Below, in pieces: positions 1 to 11,311 of a DNA stretch of 64,000 nucleotides (positions are counted from its first letter, which is position 1; every line of letters starts with the position of its first letter). This DNA comes from Felis catus (Eukaryota), in the NCBI RefSeq assembly GCF_018350175.1, contig NC_058368.1, positions 163,310,001 through 163,374,000 on the forward strand, given 5' to 3'. The notes beneath the pieces are model-generated. The model was given only the letters and a program-made list of their open reading frames with translations, did no database searches and was not told where the DNA came from. The position numbers and the translations under genes were made by a program.

Positions 1-2791
1 GGTTCTCTTGTTGAATAAAGGAATTAATGGCCAATGTATTTATTTGATTCTTTGGTCAATTACAGATTTCAACTACTTTTTTTTCAAATGAAAATTGAAA
101 GGAATGGAATTCTGAGTTTGTAAAAGCCAAATTCATTTTATGGTTCTTTCTACTAGGCTGTACTTAACTTCATAATGTTACTGTTCTTGAAATTAATATT
201 CTGTACTGTATAAACTTTACATCATTCTTGCTACAAATTTATGGACATGGAAACAGAATATTAGCTTTGTATTACAAATAAAATAGTAACTCTGGGTCTG
301 CAGCTTTAGTCTAGGAGGCAGAATCTTTGTCACTTATTTTTCAAACATACCGTCCACTCCCCACTTGGGCGCCTCTGCCCCTGCCCGTCCCTCAACTTGG
401 ACTATGTGTGTCCATCTCCCACAGTGGAAACCCGACCCTCCAAACTCCCACTTCCATTGGCAACTCCTATATTTTTCTCTTTTTCTTATTCTCCTCTTGA
501 AGGTTAAAATTTCTTTTCTTCCTCAAAATTCCCTGAGTCCTTTTTATAGTACTATAGTATAGTATAGGAATACTACATTCTAAACATGTCTTATATTAAC
601 TGTGTTAAGTTCTCATCCCCCTTAATAGACTATATTGTCTTTTCATTTTATTCATGTTACAAAACCCAAATATATATTCCAACATTTTGAACAGGATATG
701 AAATTCAGTATTGTGTTTTTTTGGGTGAGGGAATGGATTATCTCAAGGAAATATATTTTCAATTTTTCAAATAATAAAGACTACTAAGATTTGGATGTTC
801 TATATTCCACAACTTTCAGGAATTAGAAAATAACAAATGAAATGGTTACACTTTTTTTTTTCATATGGTGATTTGTATTTTGTCTTTAGTTTACAAGGCA
901 TGAAGAACCAAAGAGTAATTAGCTTTCATTTCGATGGGACCTTCTGTTCAGTTCATGGCTGTAAATACCAGCTTTGCTTCTACCTGCAACTTTAGTTCCC
1001 TTTTCTTTTAATGGGTGTTTTAGGGACATCAAAGGTAATAAAATCAATCAAAGAGATAAGTGGAATATTTTTTCAAAGGCTAGTACTTAAGGATGTGTTC
1101 CTGTTAAAGAATTTGAATACTGAATTTGTTTCAAGTGTTTGTATAATACCATATCTCCCTGCCAACTGGAAGAAGGACTGTCCTTGAATCCTGTTCTGCA
1201 TGAAATAATAAAATATAATCCCTTCTTCACATACGTTTAAAAAAAAAAAGAAAAAAAGAATACCAGGGAATGTGAAGTATTGTCATTAGACAGGATTATA
1301 TTTTCTTGCTGGCAGAGGCAATACTATAGCCTTCGGGCCCGTTTTTTCTCTTCCCCCATAAGGACTTCTTTCCTTTACCCACAGGATTCAGACAAAGCTG
1401 AAGGTTTTTGTTGCTGAAATCTCAAACAGCAAACCAAAGAGAAAGTTCAAGCAAATATCATCAGACTTTTAAAAATGTCATTGCTTGTGTAAGTTAATTG
1501 TGGTCTTTTGGGTGCTGGTGAGCCCCAAGCACCCCTTGGATTGGTCAGATATTCAATCATTTTATTTGTATCTGGTGTAAGGTATTCTTCTGGAAAGCAC
1601 TGATCATGAGGTTTTCTGATTTAATTTAACGTTAGTGCATGCTTTTTTGTTTTAACTTTGTTTTTTGCTTGTTTGATTGTTAGGTGTGTTTTTTTTTTTT
1701 TCAATTAGCTCAATATCTTGTGCATTCCAAAAGATAATTTAGAGGCTAATGTATTATTGTGATGTACTTCTATATGATCTTACTGATTTTTTGTTTTTAC
1801 TTTTGTTCATCTAGCTAATAGATTTATTTGAGTTTCCCCAAACCATGTTTATAATTGGTGATTAAAATAAAACTTTAAGGAACACTGCATGTTAGCTAAC
1901 TTGACCTCAAATTATATGTAAAAAATTAAAAATAATAATAATAATAAAGAAGAAATATTTTTCTTTGGAACTATTTTTATATTGCGAATGATACATATGA
2001 AAATAATGTCTTCTATCTAAAGTTACAAACGATGCATAGTCTGAGTTAAGTTCAGAAAAACAGTAAAGTCAACATACCTCTTTTTCAGAATTTAGCCTAT
2101 TTGACTTTTCCTCCTAAAATCCTGAGTTCTGCAGGGCTTCTCATTTCTATGAAGTTCTTGGTCATACCCTGTGTAGGTGAAATTCATTTGGGGGCCAGCT
2201 GAGATTTTCCCTACTGTTTCTAATTGCATTGCATTGTAAATCTCCAAACTTTATTCAGGAAAGTATATCTTTTGTGAGGCATGCCTTATAAGTAAGAAAT
2301 TATTACTTTGTGTATCCAATGCAGAATTTTTAAATCGGCATTTACATTTCATATATCATGTTAGCTGTAGATCTTTTATTTGTTTTAACATTATCCTGAG
2401 AACTTCAGAGATTACTTCTTTGGTGATCATTCTTGAGGGGGGAACCGTTCTCCTGGAATCTGTAACTCTGGTGCGTGTATATAAACATGCCTTTGTTCTC
2501 AAAGTCTTTCTATTTGATTACTGTTGTATCCAAGTGCTTTGTCTCTGCCTCTCTTAGTTGTTTTTTTTTTTCCTTCCCTTTTCTTGTACCTTAGTGTGTC
2601 GTTTGTGTGAATAACTTTGTTTACATTCAGCAGAGGTACTAAGTGCATTTTTGATAATAGAAGGGAGTGAGACAGGCAGTAAGGAGAAGACATCTGGAGA
2701 ATGGGGTGGAAGAAAGGGAAAAGGGGGAACAGTTAGGAAAGGAAAAGGAGAGAGTGGATGTGATGGAGGAAGAAAGAGCAAAAGCCAGAAT

Positions 2792-2818
2792 GGGGGGGGG
2801 TGGGGGTGGGTGGGTGGG
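2792..2818 (+). repeat. G-run array G9-T-G5-T-G3-T-G3-T-G3 (G-quadruplex motif)
   Basis: Five G-runs with 1-nt loops, read directly from the sequence. Confidence 0.8.
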
Positions 2819-3002
2819 TATGCAGGTTTGTGAGATCTTGGGGGCTGGTCGTGGGGGAGGGAGATCAACAGACCAGCATTTTCCCCAGGCTTGGGCTCAA
2901 GCTTGTGAAAACTCCTAATGTGTTAAAGAACCTCAGCTGGGATTTGCTGAGGACAAATGCTGTAATGTGTTAGTCATCCATTATCTGCTTCTATTTTTGC
3001 AG

Positions 3003-3377
3003 GTTCTGAATGATGACTGACGCGCGTTTGTGCGATAGCCCTCGCAGTCCCTGTCATTCCCGAACGATAAGGCGCCCGCACCACTAGCCCCAGCACCGGG
3101 GCAGAAGGGAGCTCTGGAGGCTGGAAAGCTTCCGCTCGCGGACCGGACAAAAGTACCGCCTACCCAGGGGCTTGTGCGTGCAGCTGGTGATCCAGGCACC
3201 TCACCTCGCCCGGCCCGCCGCTCCCGCGGGCAGATGGTGTGCGGCCGCCGCAGGACGCCCGCCGCGCCCGGGCCATGAAGTAGCGGCTGCTGGCGGCGCC
3301 GCTGCCCGACCGCCGGCCCCAGGCGAGCGCTGCGCTGCCGCCGGGTCCTCTCCCGGCGGGGCCGGAGCGGCGAGGAC
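3003..3377 (+). other. PAM: PAM 5' UTR portion of the first coding exon (exon 2 by human convention)
   Basis: Pyrimidine tract and acceptor CTTCTATTTTTGCAG|GTTCTG at 3002/3003, then 375 nt of GC-rich sequence leading to the ATG at 3378. This implies a non-coding exon upstream of the window. Confidence 0.8.
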
Positions 3378-3495
3378 ATGGCTGGCGTGCTGAGCCTGCT
3401 TGCTCTCCTGCTTGTTTTCCCAAGCAGCTGTTTGGGTTTCAGAAGCCCGCTTTCAGTCTTCAAGAGGTGGGTGTGTGTTTTTTCAGACGGGCGGG
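3020..3495. promoter_or_regulatory. Small CpG island over the first coding exon
   Basis: Dense CpG and very high GC (e.g. GCGGCCGCCGC, GGCGGCGCCGC) against an AT-rich, CpG-poor background. Confidence 0.85.
3378..3466 (+). CDS. PAM: PAM coding exon (aa 1-30): signal peptide and pro-region MAGVLSLLALLLVFPSSCLGFRSPLSVFKR
   Basis: ATG in strong context GACATGG; hydrophobic signal peptide; FRSPLSVFKR matches the PAM pro-peptide ending in a dibasic site; donor AG|GTGGGT at 3467, phase 2. Confidence 0.97.
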
Positions 3496-4424
3496 ATGTT
3501 GTTTGGATGGTTCCTGTGCATGCTGTTGAAAATGTAATCACTTTTATGAACCAGAGTGTTGTGGAAATATGCGAGGTTGATTTACTTGGCTGAAACGACT
3601 TGGGGTTTTAGCACAGTAACTTGTTGTAAAGTCCCTCGTACAGAAAAAGCCCACTGTATTGTCGCCAGGCTGCACTGGCTTTCAAAACTCCAATTAGAAG
3701 TTGTGATTTCCAATACTAATCACTCCCTCTCCGGGAGATATTTCAGAAACTACAGTAGAGTCGTTTAGACTTGAATGCTTTCTTGTTTAAAACAGCCTGA
3801 AGAATAAAATATCAAGATAGATAAGTGGTGGGGAGAAGCAGATCATGGACTGTAATAGCTCAGGAGAAAACATTGAGCTGTATATACACTCCTCATAATT
3901 ACCATATTAAATATTCATGCACTTGTACATTGGTAATTCACATCGCAGTCTTTTTCCCTCCCTCATACAGCTATGCCTACTAGCAATATTGTTGGTGTTT
4001 TGTTTCTGGCTAGTGATCCTGGATACTCACAAAATAGTTACAAAATTTTTACTTGGTTATAGTTAATGTTTATGCCATTAGAAAATTGATATGCCTGTGT
4101 TGATTTCTAATTTATGAATACTGTATTAATTGAGTAGAAACAAATATATGTTTTGACAAGCTTTTATTGAATGGAGTTTTAAATGTAGCCAGCCTGCTCA
4201 CTCGCTTTGATGATATTTTGTTTCCAAGTTGGGCATATGTTGCTCCTAGACTATAAAATGCAATTCTGATGTTTTAGAACATTATATAGTCATTACATCT
4301 TTTAGACTTATCTTTGGAACTAAATCAATAATCTTTTATCTTAAGATCTTAGAATTCTTTTTTTCCCCACTTCTCATGTTAAAATTCCATTATGTTCAAG
4401 GATATTGAAATGTTCTTTTTCAAG

Positions 4425-4545
4425 GTTTAAAGAAAGTACCAGATCCTTTTCCAATGAATGTCTTGGTACCACCAGACCAGTAATTCCTATTGATTCATCA
4501 GATTTCGCGTTGGATGTTCACATGCCTGGAGTCACGCCTAAACAG
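4425..4545 (+). CDS. PAM: PAM exon 3 (aa 30-70): FKESTRSFSNECLGTTRPVIPIDSSDFALDVHMPGVTPKQ
   Basis: Acceptor TTTTTCAAG|G, donor CAG|GTGAGA; 121 nt continuing the frame; matches the start of the PHM catalytic core. Confidence 0.97.
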
Positions 4546-5401
4546 GTGAGACGCATTCTGCATTTCATGATTCCTTGTTCTGTATACTATCTGTAACTGA
4601 AGCAGGGAAAGTGCATTTACAGCAGTAGTAACTTCTTTGAAAGTAGGCATTTGATTTCAGGACTCCTCAGGTAGGCCCAGAATAATTGAATATTATAAAG
4701 AGGAGTAAATCTTTCAGGGTAAATCTTTCGGTTAAATTTCTTTTTTTAAAATTTTACTCATATTGTTATTTGTGTTTTGAAATGGAACCTTGGAAATTTA
4801 TGTTTTGAAATTCTCAGTGGACTAATAGCCTCTGTAATGCAGCATGTAAGGATGTATTAAAATATGAAAAATTATTCTAATAAAGGGAAATGATATTGAG
4901 CAGCTGCATCTAAGATATTATTTAAATACCCTTCTATCGCAACCACGAATTGAGAAATAAAAGCATGTGTTTTCCTGCCAAGAATTTGAAAAACAAAACA
5001 TCACACACTTTTAAGAAAACTGTTCAAACAGGTGGTTGATTGTGAGTTTTCTTTGGTGTGATTTGCTTGTCATAAAAAAAAAATATATTTTGAAGAAATA
5101 ATGGCAGAGCTCACACAAGTACGCCCTATAGAGTATTTTGAGTAAAACTAGGTTGTTGCCAAGGTTTTCCCTGTTTTAGAAGAAGCTCAAATTCAGTGCT
5201 GTGGTGTGTGCAAGGTGTCTCATTAGGCATAAAAAGGCCAGAATTAATTATGCTTTGTAGTCAGGCACTGCGGGGATTTATGTGTGTCATTAAAAGATAG
5301 TCTTCTTCTTTTGAAGGGCTGTGGAGACAGGGAGAGACCTGGGTGTTGTAGAGCTGCAGTGACTGATGACTCATTGTTGCAGATAACATTCTAGTTTCCT
5401 T

Positions 5402-5433
<32 letters not shown>

Positions 5434-5802
5434 GTATTGAAAAAACAAAAGTCGGAGAGAATTCCTTTGAAATTGACATCCAGATGCTCTAAGAAAATAT
5501 ACATGGTCCTTTTTTGGGCGCCTAAGGATTGACATTCATTTGTTTGAAAACCTGTGTATGATCTAGCTATCTATAAATAACTACTTTACTATTGTAAAAG
5601 GACCCTCACCCCCACCCCTGCCCATTCTCACATGACCAGGCAGATGACTTTTCTGTACATTCAGTTGTTAGTGTCCTGGCCTTTAATTCCATAAGCTGTT
5701 TATTTAGTACATAGTCAGAAGAGGTGTAATGAGATTGGGAATAGGAGAGAGCAGTGACAGTTGCTCACTTGTGAAGAGTGCTCCTTATCTCTTTTCACTT
5801 TT

Positions 5803-6021
5803 TAAAAAATTTTTTTAATGTTTATTTGTTTTTGAGAGAGAGACAGACAGACAGAATGTGACCAGGGGAGGGGCAGAGAGAGGGAGACACAGAATCCAAA
5901 GCAGGCTCCAGGCTCTGAGCTGTCAGCACAGAGCCTGAAAAGGGGCTCAAACCCACAAACCGCGAGATCATGACCTGAGCCGAAGTTGGACGCTTAACTG
6001 ACTGAGCCACCCAGGCACCCC
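5803..6021 (-). mobile_element. CAN-SINE (felid SINEC)
   Basis: Reverse-complement tRNA-derived head, (CT)n linker and A tail; TSD TCTCTTTTCACTTTT at 5788-5802 and 6024-6038. Confidence 0.92.
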
Positions 6022-6054
6022 ACTCTCTTTTCACTTTTAAAAGTTTTTTTTTTT

Positions 6055-6272
6055 TTAATTAATTAATTAATTAATTTATTTATTTTTGGGACAGAGAGAG
6101 ACAGAGCATGAACGGGGGAGGGGCAGAGAGAGAGGGAGACACAGAATCGGAAACAGGCTCCAGGCTCCGAGCCATCAGCCCAGAGCCTGACGCGGGGCTC
6201 AAACTCACGGACCGCGAGATCGTGACCTGGCTGAAGTCGGACGCTTAACCGACTGCGCCACCCAGGCGCCCC
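6055..6272 (-). mobile_element. Young CAN-SINE (SINEC_Fc-like)
   Basis: CpG-intact copy ending GCGCCACCCAGGCGCCCC; TSD TAAAAGTTTTTTTTTTT at 6038-6054 and 6273-6289. Confidence 0.95.
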
Positions 6273-6739
6273 TAAAAGTTTTTTTTTTTCACCTATATTT
6301 GCTTTATGTTAAAACTGATTTTTTTTTAAATCCACTAATTGGCCTTTAAGCCCTCTTTTCCCCCAGGAAAAAGTTATTTTCTGAAGTAGTCATTTGTCAT
6401 GGTTCGTTATTATTCTGTTTTTTCTTCCTGTTATTTTACAGAAATAACATTTAAGTTATTTAACAATAGTAATAAGGGGTAACTATGTTGGAGTCAATAT
6501 TGTCAGAAAGATTCCTAGAGGAATTGATTATTTTAAAAAAATGTAGAGAAGATCAATTTTCACAAAATAAAATGTGTTTACTCATTTTTATAATTTTATA
6601 ATTATAAAAATAAGTCCTTGGCAAGAGAACTTACATGAAGTTATAGCTTGCTATTCTCCATCTGCATCCAGTTTTTGCCTTATTCAGTGAGCATTTTCTG
6701 GTCACCTTCCCAGCAAACGTCTCCTCATTGCTCCTTCTC

Positions 6740-7130
6740 TTTAAACCATGTGGTTTCCAGGAGCTTTCTACCCAAGATCTAGAGGGTGAGGATTAGCCAG
6801 TCACTGGATCCCATCTCCCCTCCCACACTAATTGGTTCAGAAGAAGGTGTGTGACCTAGAATAGTACAATTAAATCTCAAGACTTTTGCTGAGAATGCAT
6901 TTGTCTGTTGCATGTGAGCAGGAGGCATGCACTCTTAGGGTCTGCTGCATCCGTGAGGGCAACCGTGCCTAGAGTAAAACTAATACCATAGAAGGTAATG
7001 CAGAGACAGGGAAAGAGCAGATGTTCTAGGTGACCTTGCTACTTAGGAAGTTTTCAGTTACATTAGGCTTTTTGTTTCAACCAGGTTGAGTTGGGTTTAC
7101 AAGTTCTGACTTGTAACTGAAACTACCTAA
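6740..7130. mobile_element. Degraded MaLR (MLT1-like) LTR
   Basis: Motifs resembling MLT1: ATTGGTTCAG..GTGTGACC and CCAGGTTGAGTTGGGTTT..TGACTTGTAAC. Confidence 0.5.
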
Positions 7131-8941
7131 CAGAGTAAGTGATTCAGTTGTGCTGCCTCATCAGCTCAGAACTGGTTGTTGAAGGTTTCTTCCACTTCCC
7201 CCATCATGTAAATACCAAGAGTATTTACTCACATGATCCAGCCAACCTAGCTATACCTTGGCAACCTTCCTGAGAAATGAATTATACTCCCTACTGAGTG
7301 TAGCCAGGAGGAGATGGACACAGAAACCCATTTCCTTCCTGAACTTGGTGTTGTTGGTGAGGAAGACCAAGAGTTGTCATAGTATGAGTACTTTTGGTAG
7401 AGAAAGTATTCTTTTCCCAAAAAGCAGATGAAACCAAATTTCACGCAAATACTTAGAGGAATGGAGATTACAAGGCAAGAAAAGGAAAGTGAAACATATT
7501 AGAGGAAAGAAATAAAGGAATAAAAAGAGTTGGTCCCCCCCCCAAAAAAATTCAAGAGAATAGAACTATCAAGAACAAAAATAAAGGACAAAAAAAATAA
7601 CTATAATCTGAAGAACAGAACATTTTAAAAATCTTATAAGAAAATAAGGAGTAAGGAAACATAAAAGCAAGGAGAGGCATGGAGGAGTTAAAATCTTTTT
7701 TTTTTTTTTTTTTAAAGAGCAGATCATGAAGAGCAACACAATTTAAAGAAAGAAGTAACTGAAGGCCCCAAACTTAAGACTTAGTAATTGAAGCAGACCA
7801 AGTTGGTTAAAGAGATATATTCACTCAACAGATTTTTTTTTTATAACACATATCTTAAGTTTTGGCAATAACAAAATAACAATGTACATCAGTGAATCTG
7901 CTCTAAGACTTTTCCTTGGGAAACTTGAGATTGTTAGGTAGGCTTGAATAGAGAAACAAACAGATGTGGAACAGAGGTGGAGAGAATTTAGCTACAATAC
8001 TGACACAGTATAAGTAACTAATTTTGTTGGTGGAATACAGGACAAATTAGTGTGTTACCAAAAAATCTCCAGTCATGTCAGGTCTCTGAGTTGCAATCCA
8101 TTCAGCCATATCATAGACTCCAGAGCAACCTTTAAAGAGTACTCTTGTTGAACCAGCTCTGGAGAGTCTGGGGAGGGTAGTTTAATTACCTATTGCAATG
8201 TCAATTTTATATTCAAGATAAGCTCACTGTCTTCTGTGACTTGAAATTTTAAAAAATAATTTCTGTCTTCTTTAATAAATTTCTTATTAATCTGTATGTT
8301 CTCAGACTTTGGGAAGAGAAGGAGAAGAGAAAGCAGCTAAGTAGCCTAGAGTAGAGGTAAAGTAAGCACATCTGGTTTCTGATGGCACAGGCTTCAGACC
8401 CAACAAAGGTGCAGAGTGTAGTGTCTTGAGGCTCTTCTCTTAGCACTTTTTCTTCCTCATTTGCTTCCTTTTCTCACCAAAGACCCTGTGGGCTTTTGCT
8501 GTCGCCAATTCATATCAACAAACAAAGCAATTTGATAAACTGCCAGTTGATGGTCACAGTAAGGTGCTATCATCAATTTGATGTGCATGGACAAATGTCC
8601 ATTTTAAAAACAAAATAAATGAGGCATAATCATGATGATTTTATATAAAGTCTGTTGTCTAAGTCTAAGCCAAATCTGGTGTGTTATGTAGACTTCAGGG
8701 CCAGGTTGAGAGCATTCTTGTCCCAGCTCTTGTGGTGTCAACTATGGTGTGGTTTTTAACCAGCGGGTCCTGCTCCTTCATCTATAGATGGAATAATAAT
8801 TGTCCTTGCCCAGGACTATTTTGTGGACTGAGCAAGATAATCCCAGCGGCATGTTCAGGTGCCATGCATATGATAAGTTCTCATGAACTCTGAACTTGTA
8901 TCATTATTGTTATTCTGTATGTTGAGGGAAATGTGAATGAG

Positions 8942-9161
8942 TTTTTTTTTTGTATTTTTTTTAAAGTTTTTATTTATTTATTCTTGAGAGAGAGAGAGAG
9001 CAGGGGAGGGGCAAAGCGAGAGGGACAGAGAGAGAATCCCAAGCAGGCTCCACGCGGTCATTGCAGAGCCCGATGAGGGTCTTGAACCCACAAACAATGA
9101 GATCATGACCTGAGCTGAAACCAAGAGTCAGATGCTTAAATGACTGAGCCACCCAGGCACC
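8942..9161 (-). mobile_element. CAN-SINE, older copy
   Basis: T tract, (GA)n and a head ending TGAGCCACCCAGGCACC. Confidence 0.9.
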
Positions 9162-10377
9162 AGAGTCTTAAGATAAAAAAGAAATTTCCAGCCTTTATGC
9201 TTTCGGAAATAACTTCGTGGGGAAGGTAAAACATTGTAATAATTTTGAAAGAGAGGAAAGTTAGCCAAATGAAGAAAAATAGAAAGCATGAACCTGGACA
9301 AGAGGAATCTGGGCAGGAAGAAGTAAGTGCGGAAGTCACTCTTGCAGTGTGCCCATTCCCCAGAAGTTATTTCTATTAAAAATGGCTCTCATTATCAGAG
9401 AATGAAGGAACACTGAGGATGAATATGTTTTTCTCAAAGTTCTTATATATTTTTCATACTGCTTAGAAAAGCAATTACCAAAAGCCATTTCATCAGTATA
9501 AAGTCTTATTTTTTTTAACATCAATTCGAAATTATCCTGGATTTCTTCATTTTGCTGGAGACTTTATACATTGACCTTATTTTAAAAACTCACTCTTACC
9601 TAACATAAGTCTTTTCAAATCCTAGGTTTAAATAACATTTTATTTATTTGTTATCTCTGCTCTTAGGCCCTCTGCAGTCTTGGTAAGGACTTACAAATGT
9701 AAATTAATTTGTAAAAATACAATTTTATAGAATTAAATATTTTCTTTGAACCTAATAACTTGAAACCATGTAACAATTGAATTTCTTTACATTAGGATAT
9801 GTTAGGCTGTCACTAATGTGGTCATTTTCCTCCCTTATTTTGGGAGCAGTTTGAGAATTAAAAAGGAGTACACTTTTCCTTTCTGAACCTCTTGCAGATT
9901 CTTGTCGCGTTCTGTATTTGTCTTTTGAAGAGTCACAGATTATGCTTTGAAATCAGAAGGCAGCCTTCCCCTGTGTTCGTGAACACAAATGTCTATCACC
10001 AAGAAGAGCAGGAAATGGAAAAATTCTGAGTTTAAAGATTATATCTGATATCCCTGAACATCAAGCTGAAAAACCTTAGAGTCTAAAGTTATCACTTATT
10101 TTAAAATAACACTGAAAGAATGTAGTCATTGAAATAAAACCATGATGAACAAATTACTCCTGTGAGATTTTCTCAAAAGCTTCCCACAGTGTTTCTCTTT
10201 GCTTTTTTCTCAAAATTGGACAACTATTAGAAAATGTTTACTAATATATTTTAACTTTTCATTCTCTGACATAAAAAGAAAGAGATTCCCTTTGCTTTCC
10301 CTATGCATAGAAACATGTAATAAGAACCTAGCTTTTGTAGACTTTTCTTACTGCACCTGTTTAAAAAATCAGTTTCA

Positions 10378-11311
10378 GAGGCACCTGGGTCGCTCAGTCA
10401 GTTAAACATCGGACTCTTATTTTGGCTCAGGTCATGATCTCAAGGTTTGTGAGATCGAGCCCTGCCTTGGGCTCTGTGCTGGGCTTGGATCCTGCTTAAG
10501 ATCCTCTCTCTCCCAACCGCTCTGGAAAACAGTATAGAGGTTCCTCAAAAAATCAAAAATAGACCTACCTACAACCCAGCAATTGGCCAACTAGCCATTT
10601 ATTCAGAGGATAACAAAAATGCTGTTTCAAAGGGGCACATGCACCCCAATGTCTATAGCACTATCAATAATAGCCAAATTATGGAAAGAGCCTAAATGTC
10701 CATCGACTCATAAATGGGTAAAGAAGATGTGGTGTGTGTGTGTATACATATACGTAAATATACATATATATATATGTACACACACACACACACACACACA
10801 CACACGAATATTACTTGGCAATCAAAAGGTATGAAATCTTATCATTTGCAGCAACGTAGATGGAACTAGAGTGTATTAGGCTAAGCAGAATAAGTGAAAG
10901 AAAGAAAAATACCGTATGATTTCACTCATACGTGGAATTTAAGAAACAAAACAGATGAACATAGGGGAAGAGAAGGAAAAATAAGAGGGAGGCAAACTAT
11001 AAGAGACTCTTAAATGCGGAGAACAAACTGAGGGTTGCTTGTGAGGTATTGGGTGGTGGGGTGGGCTAAATGGGCAATGGGCATTAAGGAGGGCACTTGT
11101 TGGGATGAGCACTGGGTGTAATACCTAAGTGATGATTCACTAAATTCTATTTCTGAAATCATTATTACACTCTTTGTTAACTAACTTGGATTTATATTTT
11201 AAAAAGAAGAAAATAGGTTAAAAAATTCTTTCTCTCTCTGTCCCTCCCCCACTCACGTGTGCATACTTTCCCTCAAAACAAACAAACAAACAAACAAACA
11301 AACAAACAAAC
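10378..11311 (+). mobile_element. CAN-SINE split by an L1 insertion (SINE halves about 10378-10512 and 11226-11311)
   Basis: SINE head at 10378; the CT linker resumes at about 11226, followed by a (CAAA)n tail; outer TSD AAAAATCAGTTT at 10364-10375 and 11312-11323. Confidence 0.85.
10513..11225 (+). mobile_element. 5'-truncated carnivore L1 (ORF2 C-terminus remnant and 3' UTR)
   Basis: Translation RGTCTPM..IAKLWKEPKCPST..WVKKMW resembles the L1 ORF2 end; typical 3' UTR; internal (TA)/(CA) microsatellite. Confidence 0.9.

Noticed and set aside
2981..3541. 186-aa minus-strand ORF and overlapping ORFs at 3160-3423 and 3172-3393
   Set aside because: Stop-poor frames expected in a CpG island; low-complexity R/A/G/P content and no recognisable domain.
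3467..3593. ORF extensions past the donors (also 4546-4596 and 57358-57401)
   Set aside because: PAM similarity ends exactly at the GT donors, so the remainder is intron read-through.
5822..6034. Family of similar ORFs (AQSVK.PTSAQVMI..) at 5822, 8970, 28944, 33879, 34110, 47965 and 54830
   Set aside because: These are translations of CAN-SINE copies, not a gene family.
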